Positions 1 to 8,157 of a stretch of DNA of 52,593 nt are shown here, in pieces. Source of the stretch: Patescibacteria group bacterium (lineage in GTDB: Bacteria; Patescibacteriota; UBA1384; UBA12157; JAENIV01); assembly GCA_035288145.1 (NCBI GenBank), contig DATEAX010000028.1, forward strand, positions 1-52,593, in the 5' to 3' direction. The position numbers were made by a program, and so were the translations under genes. Under the pieces are notes generated by a model. It ran no database searches. It saw only the letters and a program-made list of their open reading frames with translations, and was not told the origin of the DNA. Every line of letters starts with the position of its first letter. Position 1 is the stretch's first letter.

Positions 1-29
1 CGCCGGTTCGAATCCGGTCGGGCCCGCCA
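1..29 (+). tRNA. 3' end of a tRNA gene (5' part outside window), CCA encoded
   Basis: T-arm GCCGG/TTCGAAT/CCGGT at 2-18, acceptor 3' strand CGGGCCC 19-25, discriminator G26, CCA 27-29. Confidence 0.7.
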
Positions 30-69
30 GATAATATAAAAGTAAAAGATCATTGAAAAGAGAAGTATT

Positions 70-414
70 ATGGAAAAAGAACCAACTTCCGAAAATGAGG
101 AGAGTCCCGAACAACAGTTAGTTCGGCTGCTCAAAGAAAAAGGAGTTGAAGATCCTGAAGCCAGAAATTTATTAATTAATTGGACTCTTGAACAAGAAAA
201 ACAAGTTGAGCAATCAGATGATTATCATTTTGAACAAATTCAGTTTAATCTTCGAAGGGCACGCCTGCATTTTAAAGCAGGATTAGTAGATGCAGCATTT
301 GAAAACTTTGAAGCCGCCCTAACACAGGCTTGGAATGAAGAAAGGGATGAGCTTTATCAGGCAATTATGAAAGAAATGGATGAAATAGAAGATTCTATAA
401 AAAAATCACAATAA
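70..414 (+). CDS. hypothetical acidic helical protein (114 aa)
   Basis: ATG ORF from track; no family motif recognised. Confidence 0.5.
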   Translation: MEKEPTSENEESPEQQLVRLLKEKGVEDPEARNLLINWTLEQEKQVEQSDDYHFEQIQFNLRRARLHFKAGLVDAAFENFEAALTQAWNEERDELYQAIMKEMDEIEDSIKKSQ

Positions 415-741
415 ATTACTTCCCAACCACAATGGAGGCCCAAAAGGTTCCAGACCCGAGTGTCCCGCCGTTGAGGAGGACTAACGAAACTTATTTATCT
501 TCTTATCGCCATAGGAATAATTTTCTTAGCCGGAGGCGGCTACTACTATTATTATATAAATAGCTTAAAATCTCTAAACACTTACGGAAATCTGAAAGCA
601 AGTCCCGGCGGCAACCCCCAAACCTCATCCAAACCGGCTCAAAATCAAGCCGCCGATAATTCTTGCGCCGCATTTTCCAGCCGTTTCGGCACCTCGGCCC
701 AAGAACTCGTCAATTTTATAAATAACGAGCCGTATGCCGCG

Positions 742-1050
742 GTGGTGATGCGTGGTTATCGCTATGTCTCCGGTCAAGTCATTTCTCTTGCCCCTGGCAA
801 CAATCTACCCTTTCTTTTGACTTTTGACGGCAACGGCAAAATCACTGATTTTGATTGTAGCAATCCTCAAATTGCCAAGGATTACTCCCAAGATATTGAC
901 TTCAATATTCCCGAGACCGATTTTGCCCAAATTATTCGCTTCCGAGAAAGTTTGGAAGCCGAGCAAACCGTCACCTATCTTCAAAATATGACGACCACCC
1001 CGCCCGAAGCCAAACAAATTATTTTAGAGCGCATCCAGAAACTCCAATAA
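742..1050 (+). CDS. hypothetical protein; frame is open from 475 and encodes an upstream TM helix, so the true start is probably non-canonical near 484-493
   Basis: GTG 742 is the first canonical start; in-frame upstream KLIYLLIAIGIIFLAGGGYYYYY helix; AGGAGGA at 474-480. Confidence 0.5.
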   Translation: MVMRGYRYVSGQVISLAPGNNLPFLLTFDGNGKITDFDCSNPQIAKDYSQDIDFNIPETDFAQIIRFRESLEAEQTVTYLQNMTTTPPEAKQIILERIQKLQ

Positions 1051-1058
1051 TCGGGCCG

Positions 1059-1100
1059 TTGACCATCAGCATCAGTATTGGTCATTGGTCATTGGTCATT
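1059..1100. repeat. convergent-gene spacer hairpin built from tandem CATCAG x2 and ATTGGTC x3
   Basis: catcag 1064-1075 x2; attggtc 1077-1097 x3; TGACCA 1060-1065 pairs with TGGTCA units; last unit overlaps stop codon of the 1096 gene. Confidence 0.6.
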
Positions 1101-2052
1101 TTATAAAAATATAGATCTTGGTCTCTTTTTTTAAACTATTTAACCAATTGGTATAGGACTGCTGGATTTTGCCTTTTTTTTCAGCCACCTTGCCGATTTG
1201 AAATCCGGCCTCGGATTTGACCGGCCCGAAAATTTCGCCAATTTTCGCCTTAAACGCCGCCTCTTCAAATTCCGGCACCTGAAGATTATCAATCACCAAA
1301 TTCCCCCGCGCCAGCCAGCCCAAATCTCCGGCGCTGTCGCGGGTCTTAATATCCTCCGAATAGGTCTTGGCCAACTGATCCCAAGGTTCGTTGCTCCGCG
1401 CTTTATTGGCAACTTCATTGGCCCGCGCCTCGTCTTTAACGAGAATATGGGCGACTTTTACTTGGGCAATCAGCTGGTCTTGGATTTTTTCTTTAATCAC
1501 TTGGTCATGAACCAAATCTTTAAATTCATCTTCGGACATATCATAGAGGTCCCTTAGGGTTTTTTGGACATTGGCGATGCCGCCGCTTTGGTCGACAATT
1601 TTCGAAAAGGCCTCATTGACATCTTTTGAAGTTACCCGCAAACCGTTCTTCTGGGCTTCCCATGCCAGGAGCCGGTTTTCCACCAATTGGCCCATAATCT
1701 GCTCCCGAAGCTCTTTTTCAGCAGGCGAGGGCTGTTTGTTTCTTTCCGAGAAACGACGGATATAAGTAAGCTGCTGATAATATTCTTTGGCCCAAATGAT
1801 GTTTCCGCCGACAAAGGCAGCGGGGAATGGATAAATTTTCGCAGAAAATTTAACCTTGGAGCTTTCGGAATGACGAAGATAAATTTCCCGACCAAAATAA
1901 ATTCCTAATCCCAGGTAGGTTAAAAATATCAGCCAAAGGACTAAGGTCAAAAGCCAGCGAAATTCCAGCCGGGGTTTGAGACGGAATGCCAGATTGATTA
2001 AGAAATCTTTTGTCCGGAGCTTAATTTGTGACAAGTTGAGACTGATTTTCAT
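1096..2052 (-). CDS. membrane-anchored parvulin-type peptidyl-prolyl isomerase (PrsA/SurA-like)
   Basis: PpiC-domain stretch VKVAHILVKDEA..GDLGWLARG..FGPVKSEAGFQIGKV; N-terminal TM helix; ATG 2052 lies 2 nt after the upstream stop (TTG 2064 also possible). Confidence 0.85.
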   Translation of the reverse strand: MKISLNLSQIKLRTKDFLINLAFRLKPRLEFRWLLTLVLWLIFLTYLGLGIYFGREIYLRHSESSKVKFSAKIYPFPAAFVGGNIIWAKEYYQQLTYIRRFSERNKQPSPAEKELREQIMGQLVENRLLAWEAQKNGLRVTSKDVNEAFSKIVDQSGGIANVQKTLRDLYDMSEDEFKDLVHDQVIKEKIQDQLIAQVKVAHILVKDEARANEVANKARSNEPWDQLAKTYSEDIKTRDSAGDLGWLARGNLVIDNLQVPEFEEAAFKAKIGEIFGPVKSEAGFQIGKVAEKKGKIQQSYTNWLNSLKKETKIYIFIK

Positions 2053-2053
2053 T

Positions 2054-2623
2054 TTAAAACCCAAAAAACATATTAAAAACCAGGACTCCCCCTAAAATCA
2101 TCATGGTCACCAAAATCATTGTTGCCATCTTTTTTAAGTTTAACACACTGTTGATATACAAGTAAAATGTCTTAAAGATAAGATAAAAAACAAAGACAAT
2201 CACCAAGCTTTTGATTTTAGGGTCCACCGGCCAAAAGGTCATTGTCAAAAATATTTCCAAGATAAGGAGACCGGCGGTCGCCAGAAAAAGCTGGAAAAGA
2301 TTTTTATCCATATTCTCCGTCAGATGTTTAAAACGACTTTCGAGATGGAAAATTAAAATCGTCAAAGTAAAAACCACCGCAATAATCAGGGCCAAAGGTA
2401 CAGCCAGGCTGTAGCGAACGTTATAGAGGTCGTAAAGCCCGAGATAAAAAATTAAAAGAAGGAGAACTTCTGGCATTGATTTAAGAAAAAAGAAGCCCGA
2501 GATGGACAAAAATATCACCATTATCCTTAAAAAGAGCGAGGTTTCGAAATAGAAAAACCCCAATACGACCCCCAAAAGCAAAGGGTAAATCAAAAGATGC
2601 CAAGGGAATTTAGTGGGTTTCAT
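2054..2623 (-). CDS. polytopic membrane protein, unknown function
   Basis: 189 aa, almost entirely hydrophobic helices; tightly packed between neighbours. Confidence 0.6.
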   Translation of the reverse strand: MKPTKFPWHLLIYPLLLGVVLGFFYFETSLFLRIMVIFLSISGFFFLKSMPEVLLLLIFYLGLYDLYNVRYSLAVPLALIIAVVFTLTILIFHLESRFKHLTENMDKNLFQLFLATAGLLILEIFLTMTFWPVDPKIKSLVIVFVFYLIFKTFYLYINSVLNLKKMATMILVTMMILGGVLVFNMFFGF

Positions 2624-2624
2624 C

Positions 2625-4001
2625 TTAATTTAGATAATCTTCCCCGACAACCACCTGAATGTCAATACTGGTTTTCGCCCCCTCCTTGGTGGCAACCGTC
2701 GCCTTAAGCTGGGAGGCAATCTCCGAAGCCGCCCGCTGAAACTGACCAGAAGATAAGTCGTAAACAGTCGTTTTGGAAACCGGCGAGGTCGCATCGCCAA
2801 TTTTAACCACCTTGTAGCCGTAGCTTTGGAGAAAATGAGAAACTGTCGAGGCCACCCCCTTCTGATTGGTCCCGTTTAAAACCTCAATTTTTACCGCCGA
2901 GGTTGCCGCCGCATCTTGCGCTTGCTCGCCAAAGATATTTTTGGCAATAATTTGCAAATCGCCAAATTTATCAATGCCTTTGCGCGGATAGAGATAGTAG
3001 CCACGCCAGTCCTGCGAAGAAACCAGCGGTCCGTCTTGTGAGTTATCCAGGACCTTGTTGACAATGTTGGTCGTGTCAATTGTCTTGGCGACATTCCATA
3101 AAGAGTAAATTTCCTCAATTTGCATATTTGTCCGGACATGCTCGCCCAGAATGTTGATGATATCGGTAATTTTTTTGGGGTTGGCTAAGATGTTTAAAGA
3201 CAAGACCTTTTCCTTAACCGCCGCCATCACCTGCTCCTGGCGACGGGAACGGTCGAAATCCGAAGTGGTTTTACGCGAACGGACATATTTTAAAGCCAAA
3301 GCGCCATCCAGATGATGAAGGCCGGCGGAAATTTTGAAAGGCGCATAATCAATCATATTCTCTGCCGGGTAGTAAGGGTCGTAAATATCCTTATCAACGA
3401 AAATATCCACCCCGCCGACGGTGTCAACAATCTTTTTAAAGCCCTCAAAATCAAGACTGACATAGTAATGAATGGGAATCCCCAAGACATTTTCGATGGT
3501 TTTGGAAGAAACCGTCCCGCCGCTCGAAGTGACCTTTTTGTTATTCTCGCCTTGAGCATAGGCCTCGTTGAGCTTGGCATGCCCCCCGCCGGCAATCGGC
3601 ACCCAGAGATCGCGGGGAAGGGAAAGAAGCCCGAGTTTTTTATCTTGATAATTGAGCGAAGAGACAATAATCGTGTCCGAGAGGTAACCACCGGGATGAT
3701 TTTTGCCTCCCATGCCCAAAAGGAGAATATTGGTCCGGCCCTCGCTTTGACCTTTGATGGCTTGCTTACCAAAAAGGGAGAAGAGAGACGACTTCTGCTG
3801 GCCATCGGCGGTAATTTTTTTAATTGCCCGGTTGGCTGAAAGTCCAACCCAGGTGCCGACGCCTAAACCGATAACCAGAAAGCCCAAAACTACCCACTTG
3901 AGGGTTTTCTTCCACGGGTTGCGGGAAATTTTGACTTCCCTGGGTAACCCCGGCGGGACCGGTTGAACTTTATTTCGTCGAAATATCATATTTATCCTCA
4001 A
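2625..4001 (-). CDS. LytR-CpsA-Psr (LCP) family cell-envelope phosphotransferase with LytR_C-like tail
   Basis: N-terminal TM; ILLLGMGG..GYLSDTIIV..LLSLPRDLWVPI..KLNEAYA; C-terminal IEVLNGTNQKGVAS module. Confidence 0.85.
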   Translation of the reverse strand: MRINMIFRRNKVQPVPPGLPREVKISRNPWKKTLKWVVLGFLVIGLGVGTWVGLSANRAIKKITADGQQKSSLFSLFGKQAIKGQSEGRTNILLLGMGGKNHPGGYLSDTIIVSSLNYQDKKLGLLSLPRDLWVPIAGGGHAKLNEAYAQGENNKKVTSSGGTVSSKTIENVLGIPIHYYVSLDFEGFKKIVDTVGGVDIFVDKDIYDPYYPAENMIDYAPFKISAGLHHLDGALALKYVRSRKTTSDFDRSRRQEQVMAAVKEKVLSLNILANPKKITDIINILGEHVRTNMQIEEIYSLWNVAKTIDTTNIVNKVLDNSQDGPLVSSQDWRGYYLYPRKGIDKFGDLQIIAKNIFGEQAQDAAATSAVKIEVLNGTNQKGVASTVSHFLQSYGYKVVKIGDATSPVSKTTVYDLSSGQFQRAASEIASQLKATVATKEGAKTSIDIQVVVGEDYLN

Positions 4002-4051
4002 ACAAAAAATGCCTTTTTGGTTGATGAGGTCTATTTAAGTATAGCATTTTT

Positions 4052-4417
4052 CTAAAAAGGGTAGTAGGGGAGAGCAATTTGCGAAAATGAGTTTTTTTTG
4101 TGTTTACTGATTTTATTCAGCACCAGCTTCTCCTGACCTCTTTGATAGCCGAAAACCGGAATGTCTAAACTCCAGGCGAGGGCGTTGGCGCAAGTTATCC
4201 CCACCCGGACGCCAGTAAATGAGCCGGGTCCTTGATTTACCAAAATCGCCCGGAGATTTTGGAGGGTCTTTTTTTCTTTCTTAAGAACGCTATCGATAAT
4301 TAAAAGAAGCTCTTTGGACTGATCTTTGGTATCGAATTCAAAACATTTCTCGCCTTTTTCGCCGAAAATCGTCAGGTAAATTTTCTCCCTTTCGGTCGTA
4401 TCAATCCCTAAAATCAT
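4052..4417 (-). CDS. tsaB: tRNA t6A biosynthesis protein TsaB, short form (121 aa from MILGIDT)
   Basis: MILGIDT..QGPGSFTGVRVGIT..AWSLDIPV; the upstream 31 codons of the track ORF run through a repeat module and are unlikely to be coding. Confidence 0.75.
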   Translation of the reverse strand: MILGIDTTEREKIYLTIFGEKGEKCFEFDTKDQSKELLLIIDSVLKKEKKTLQNLRAILVNQGPGSFTGVRVGITCANALAWSLDIPVFGYQRGQEKLVLNKISKHKKNSFSQIALPYYPF

Positions 4418-4423
4418 TATATT

Positions 4424-4523
4424 TCTATTATCCCTTATTTCCGCTCCAGCGTAAATAAGGGATAGGATATAACTATCTTCGATTCTACCATATCCCAACC
4501 ATAAAATCAAACCATAAAATCAA
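4424..4523 (-). repeat. dispersed module copy A: promoter-like TTGATT-17-TAGAAT plus REP-type hairpin (with 13-nt tandem duplication of the -35 part)
   Basis: ~85% identical by eye to 12069-12148; hairpin TCCCTTATTT/AAATAAGGGA 4431-4462 around core CCGCTCCAGCGT 4441-4452; accataaaatcaa x2 at 4498-4523. Confidence 0.75.
4482..4510 (-). promoter_or_regulatory. sigma-70-like promoter inside module A, reading into tsaB
   Basis: minus strand TTGATT (4510-4505), 17-nt spacer, TAGAAT (4487-4482). Confidence 0.45.
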
Positions 4524-4556
4524 GCCCTGGGCCTAATTTTTCGGACCTGATTTTTT

Positions 4557-5039
4557 CTATTTTTCCACATACGTACGTTTTTTAATAGATATTTCCCTAA
4601 TATTTTCGCTGATGTGTTTAAATCTTATATAAATAGTATTTTTTGGTAATATTTTTTTTATTTTTTCTGCCCACTCGATGACCATGATTGCATCTTTCCG
4701 ACCCCAGTAATCCTCAATGCCGGCAGATTTAATCTCTTCGATTTTTTCCAGGCGATAGGCATCTACATGAATAAGTTTCCTAACCATATTGACTACACCT
4801 CGGAGGTGTAGTTTTGGTCGTAAAATGTTATATTCTCTTAGTACTACGAAAGTTGGACTGGTGATTGGCTCTTGGATGCCTAACCCTTTAGCCAGCCCTT
4901 TGACAAAAGCCGTTTTGCCGCTACCTAATTCGCCAATGAGACCGATGACTTCGCCGCCTCGCAAGTTTTTGGCAAAAATTTGTCCAAATTTTTCCGTCTC
5001 GGCGGCGCTAGGTGAAATCATCGCCAAAACTTTCTTCAA
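4557..5039 (-). CDS. tsaE: tRNA t6A biosynthesis ATPase TsaE
   Basis: Walker A GELGSGKT, TSPTF, HVDAYRL. Confidence 0.9.
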   Translation of the reverse strand: MKKVLAMISPSAAETEKFGQIFAKNLRGGEVIGLIGELGSGKTAFVKGLAKGLGIQEPITSPTFVVLREYNILRPKLHLRGVVNMVRKLIHVDAYRLEKIEEIKSAGIEDYWGRKDAIMVIEWAEKIKKILPKNTIYIRFKHISENIREISIKKRTYVEK

Positions 5040-6993
5040 CCGGTCTTTTCTTCTTTAATTTCCAAAGCCGGATAAAAAATATGACCAATAAAACCATCCC
5101 GAGCGCGGTGAGAACTTTGACGAGCTGGAGCCAAAAAGACGATTTCGAGGCCTTAACTTGGGGCAAAATATCCCCGGCCGACGCCACCTGCTTTCCTGAT
5201 TTCGCCTTGCTCGCTACCGAACTGGTTTTTGTCGTCGTGCTCGAACTTTTTGGGGCGGCGGCTTTTGAACTGGCGGTTTTCGTCGAGGAAGAACTTATTT
5301 TTCCCACCGCCTGAATGAGCTTAATATCTTCCAGATTTCTGGGCAAAATCCGCCAAGTATCCCGATACAAATTGACAATCCCGGTGATTTCAAAAATATC
5401 TCCTTTGTGCATTTCCGGTTTCTCAATCCCCGTGGCCGCCTGAATATAAATTTTCGCGCGGCCCGTTCCGTCATCAATATAAAAAGTATTCCCCGAAGTT
5501 TCCACCACCGTGCCAGTAATTTTGACTAAATAATTTTCGTAATTTCTGATTTCCCCGGTTTTGATTTCAATCGGTTCGGAATTCAAAGGGATATCTTCTT
5601 CCTCAACGATGTTCTCCTCATCCCCGCCGATTTCTGGGGGAACGATAACATTCGCCTTGGCGGGGGTCGCCTTGGTTGTCCACTGCCATAAATTATTAAA
5701 CCAGGCCCAAGTCCAGCCCTCCTCCCCTTCAGAAAAATTTGTCTCGTCAGCCAACAGACCGTCGGGGAAAAATAGTTTGACCGAATCACCGGTGTTATTA
5801 AGAGCAATGCCTGTTTGAGGACGATAAAATACCAGCCAACTTTTGGCAGGAATCACCGTGCCGTAAGGAATAAGATAATCTTCAAGTAAAAAGTAGGACA
5901 AATTAACGGGAGAAGCCAGCGGGTTATAGAGCTCAACCCACTCGCCCTCGTTGTCCGTGCCCAGAGGATTAGGTAAGAGCTCGGATAAAATCACACTCTC
6001 GCCCGTCGAAGCCCAAAGACCAATTCTTTCCGCTCGGGCTTTCTCTTCAATCGCCTGCCAGGCGGCGTTTTTTAAAACAAAATTATCGGTATCATAGAAA
6101 CTCGCCAGTCCCCGTTCCATCAGCTCAATATTAAAAACCTTGTTTTGAAAAATGATAATTGCCAAAGTCCGGCCAAAAGGATCGAACTGTTCATCCTCTG
6201 ATTTAGAGATAATTAAGTCAACACTTTTCCCCTGGAGAGTCTGAGCCGTATAATCCTTCGCCGGCAAATACATACTCTCGCTGGATTCTGGGCAGTCAAC
6301 GGCCAGCAATCTGACATATGAAGAAAGATCGCTAAGACCCGAGACCTTGATCGTATCGCCGTCAATCACCGAAGTCACCGAGACCGTCCGAATCATGGCA
6401 TTTTCCAAGTCCACCAGCGCCAAGACTTCCGGAGGATATTCGGGAATAATCAATTTACTGTTCGGCGCGCCCGGAGTTCCTCCCTTGACATAGCTTTTTT
6501 GCCAGTTGTCGTCGGAGGAAATTAGGGGATCAATTTTCTCCCAGGAGATATTGTCTCCCGGGTCGGTGGTCCATGTAAATGTTTCGGTGTAAGTACCATC
6601 CTCATTAGTCAGAACGATGGCATCGGCAGGATTGGCAAGAATCATCGATATCTCAACCACCGGGGCTATTACCGCCGGCCAGTGCTCTTTGAAAGCCGTT
6701 TTGTCACGGGCCAAGATTAAAAAATCTTTCGGCAAAATCACTGCCGCCGCATCAGTGATTGTTTTGTTGTCAAAAGTCCAATTATTTAAATTGACGGATG
6801 TCGTGCCCTTATTATAAAGTTCAACCCATTCTAAACCAGTTTCCGGCGTCGGGGCATTGGCCATCACCTCGTTAATGACGACATTCGAATCAACGAGCGG
6901 ATCACTCTCTGCCGCCAAAACTTTTTGAGTCCCTAAAAGAAAGAAAATAAATCCGATAAAAACAAATAACAAAAGATACTTTATTTTCCCCAT
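5008..6993 (-). CDS. secreted, C-terminally membrane-anchored nuclease: LTD - SNase (thermonuclease) - LTD - OB-like domain
   Basis: signal peptide; VVINEVMANAP..EWVELYN (lamin-tail domain) twice; VIDGDTIKV..VRLLAVDCPE..GRTLA..ERGLA (SNase); S/T/K-rich linker and terminal TM helix. Confidence 0.8.
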   Translation of the reverse strand: MGKIKYLLLFVFIGFIFFLLGTQKVLAAESDPLVDSNVVINEVMANAPTPETGLEWVELYNKGTTSVNLNNWTFDNKTITDAAAVILPKDFLILARDKTAFKEHWPAVIAPVVEISMILANPADAIVLTNEDGTYTETFTWTTDPGDNISWEKIDPLISSDDNWQKSYVKGGTPGAPNSKLIIPEYPPEVLALVDLENAMIRTVSVTSVIDGDTIKVSGLSDLSSYVRLLAVDCPESSESMYLPAKDYTAQTLQGKSVDLIISKSEDEQFDPFGRTLAIIIFQNKVFNIELMERGLASFYDTDNFVLKNAAWQAIEEKARAERIGLWASTGESVILSELLPNPLGTDNEGEWVELYNPLASPVNLSYFLLEDYLIPYGTVIPAKSWLVFYRPQTGIALNNTGDSVKLFFPDGLLADETNFSEGEEGWTWAWFNNLWQWTTKATPAKANVIVPPEIGGDEENIVEEEDIPLNSEPIEIKTGEIRNYENYLVKITGTVVETSGNTFYIDDGTGRAKIYIQAATGIEKPEMHKGDIFEITGIVNLYRDTWRILPRNLEDIKLIQAVGKISSSSTKTASSKAAAPKSSSTTTKTSSVASKAKSGKQVASAGDILPQVKASKSSFWLQLVKVLTALGMVLLVIFFIRLWKLKKKRPVEESFGDDFT

Positions 6994-7059
6994 GCTTTTA
7001 TCCCTTTAACCTGCAAAATACAACCCCTGGGGTTTGATTTTGGCCTGAATGGTTAAAAA

Positions 7060-7803
7060 TTATTTTATCTCTATTTCTCCCCCCTTATCTAAATCATTTT
7101 TGGAGATTTCGCCTTCCAAAGATTGGTCTTCGTCGGCCTTTTCGCCCGTCAGCAATTCCTGCTCGGGCGTTTTTTCCGGCGGAGGTGATGCCGGCGGCGA
7201 TGGCGGGGGCGCCTTTGGCGGCGTTAAAGTCCCTTCGCCGTCTAAAATTTGCTGCTCGCGGCTTTCGCTAGCAATTACCTCATCGTGTAAAGCCATAATC
7301 TTGGAAGATATTTCTTGAGGATTGGGGACTGATTGCAAAATAATGCTCTCTTTCTGCTCGCTGGCGGTTTCCACCAAAACATTGCCGTAGGAAAATAGAG
7401 TCGGCAACAAGCCGTTGATGCTTGATGTGACATCCTGAACCCGAAGAACTGAAAGTTGAGAGATTTTCCGACCGAAAAAGCCTACTTGGGTGATTTCAAC
7501 AATTTCCTGACGGGTGATGATATAGCAATTGTAATAAAAAGACATCCAGGCGACAAAGGCGAAAGTGATGCCTACGAGATAATAAGCCGAAAGGACTAAG
7601 GTGAGAAAATTCACCGCCAACCCCTGAAAAATTCTTCGGTCAAAATTAAAGACATAAATAATTACGAGAATAATAATAGGAATGACCAAAAATAAGAAAG
7701 AAAGCACAAATTGACCTAAAAAAGAGGCCCAGTGGCGCCGAGCAAAGACAACAATCTCTTTTTCATCTTTTGCACCCGGAATTGGAAAATGATATTCCGC
7801 CAT
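7060..7803 (-). CDS. membrane protein with bacterial PH (YdbS/YdbT-like) domain and Pro-rich acidic tail
   Basis: FARRHWASF followed by two TM helices and a PH-like beta region; PPKAPPPSPPASPPPE tail. Confidence 0.55.
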   Translation of the reverse strand: MAEYHFPIPGAKDEKEIVVFARRHWASFLGQFVLSFLFLVIPIIILVIIYVFNFDRRIFQGLAVNFLTLVLSAYYLVGITFAFVAWMSFYYNCYIITRQEIVEITQVGFFGRKISQLSVLRVQDVTSSINGLLPTLFSYGNVLVETASEQKESIILQSVPNPQEISSKIMALHDEVIASESREQQILDGEGTLTPPKAPPPSPPASPPPEKTPEQELLTGEKADEDQSLEGEISKNDLDKGGEIEIK

Positions 7804-7815
7804 TTTTTTGCTTTT

Positions 7816-8058
7816 TTAGATTTTAAAAATATCTTTTAAGTTTTTGCCCCAATCAAGGCGGCTGATGGCAAGAATCGAAACAACGATGATGACAAACATC
7901 AGAATCAAATAAATTAAAACGGCCCGACCGATGGCGTCACCCTTAAACCGTTTGGCCAGAACTTGAATCAGGCCATAGATATTAAAAATGATATAGATAA
8001 ATAGAAAGATGAACCAGATGATTAAGAAAATATACATAATAATAAATTTAAAATTCAA
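7816..8058 (-). CDS. small membrane protein (80 aa)
   Basis: two hydrophobic helices; ATG ORF in the operon string. Confidence 0.5.
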   Translation of the reverse strand: MNFKFIIMYIFLIIWFIFLFIYIIFNIYGLIQVLAKRFKGDAIGRAVLIYLILMFVIIVVSILAISRLDWGKNLKDIFKI

Positions 8059-8067
8059 ACATCAAAT

Positions 8068-8157
8068 ATCAAAATGGCAATGCAAAATTCAAAAATAATT
8101 AAAACGTTTTACATTTTTTCTTTCTCATTTTGCATTTTGATTTTTGCATTTTGATTT
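8068..8157. repeat. intercistronic AT-rich hairpin with perfect 14-nt tandem repeat
   Basis: ttgcattttgattt at 8130-8143 and 8144-8157; imperfect inverted partner atcaaaatggcaatgcaaaat at 8068-8088. Confidence 0.65.

Noticed and set aside
3312-3966. Plus- and minus-strand ORFs of 164-175 aa nested inside the LCP gene
   Set aside because: They overlap a gene with clear LCP family motifs. Their translations are Arg/Pro/Gly-rich and low in complexity, with no RBS. They are typical shadow ORFs.
4524-7034. Mini-palindromes GCCC-T-GGGC (4524-4532) and AACCCC-T-GGGGTT (7022-7034), similar to the core of 32061-32087, considered as a protein-binding or restriction-type motif family
   Set aside because: Each lies just 3' of a minus-strand gene and is followed on that strand by a T-rich run (..TTGATTTT, ..GTATTTTG, ..TAAATTTT). 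Weak short-stem terminators are the simplest explanation.
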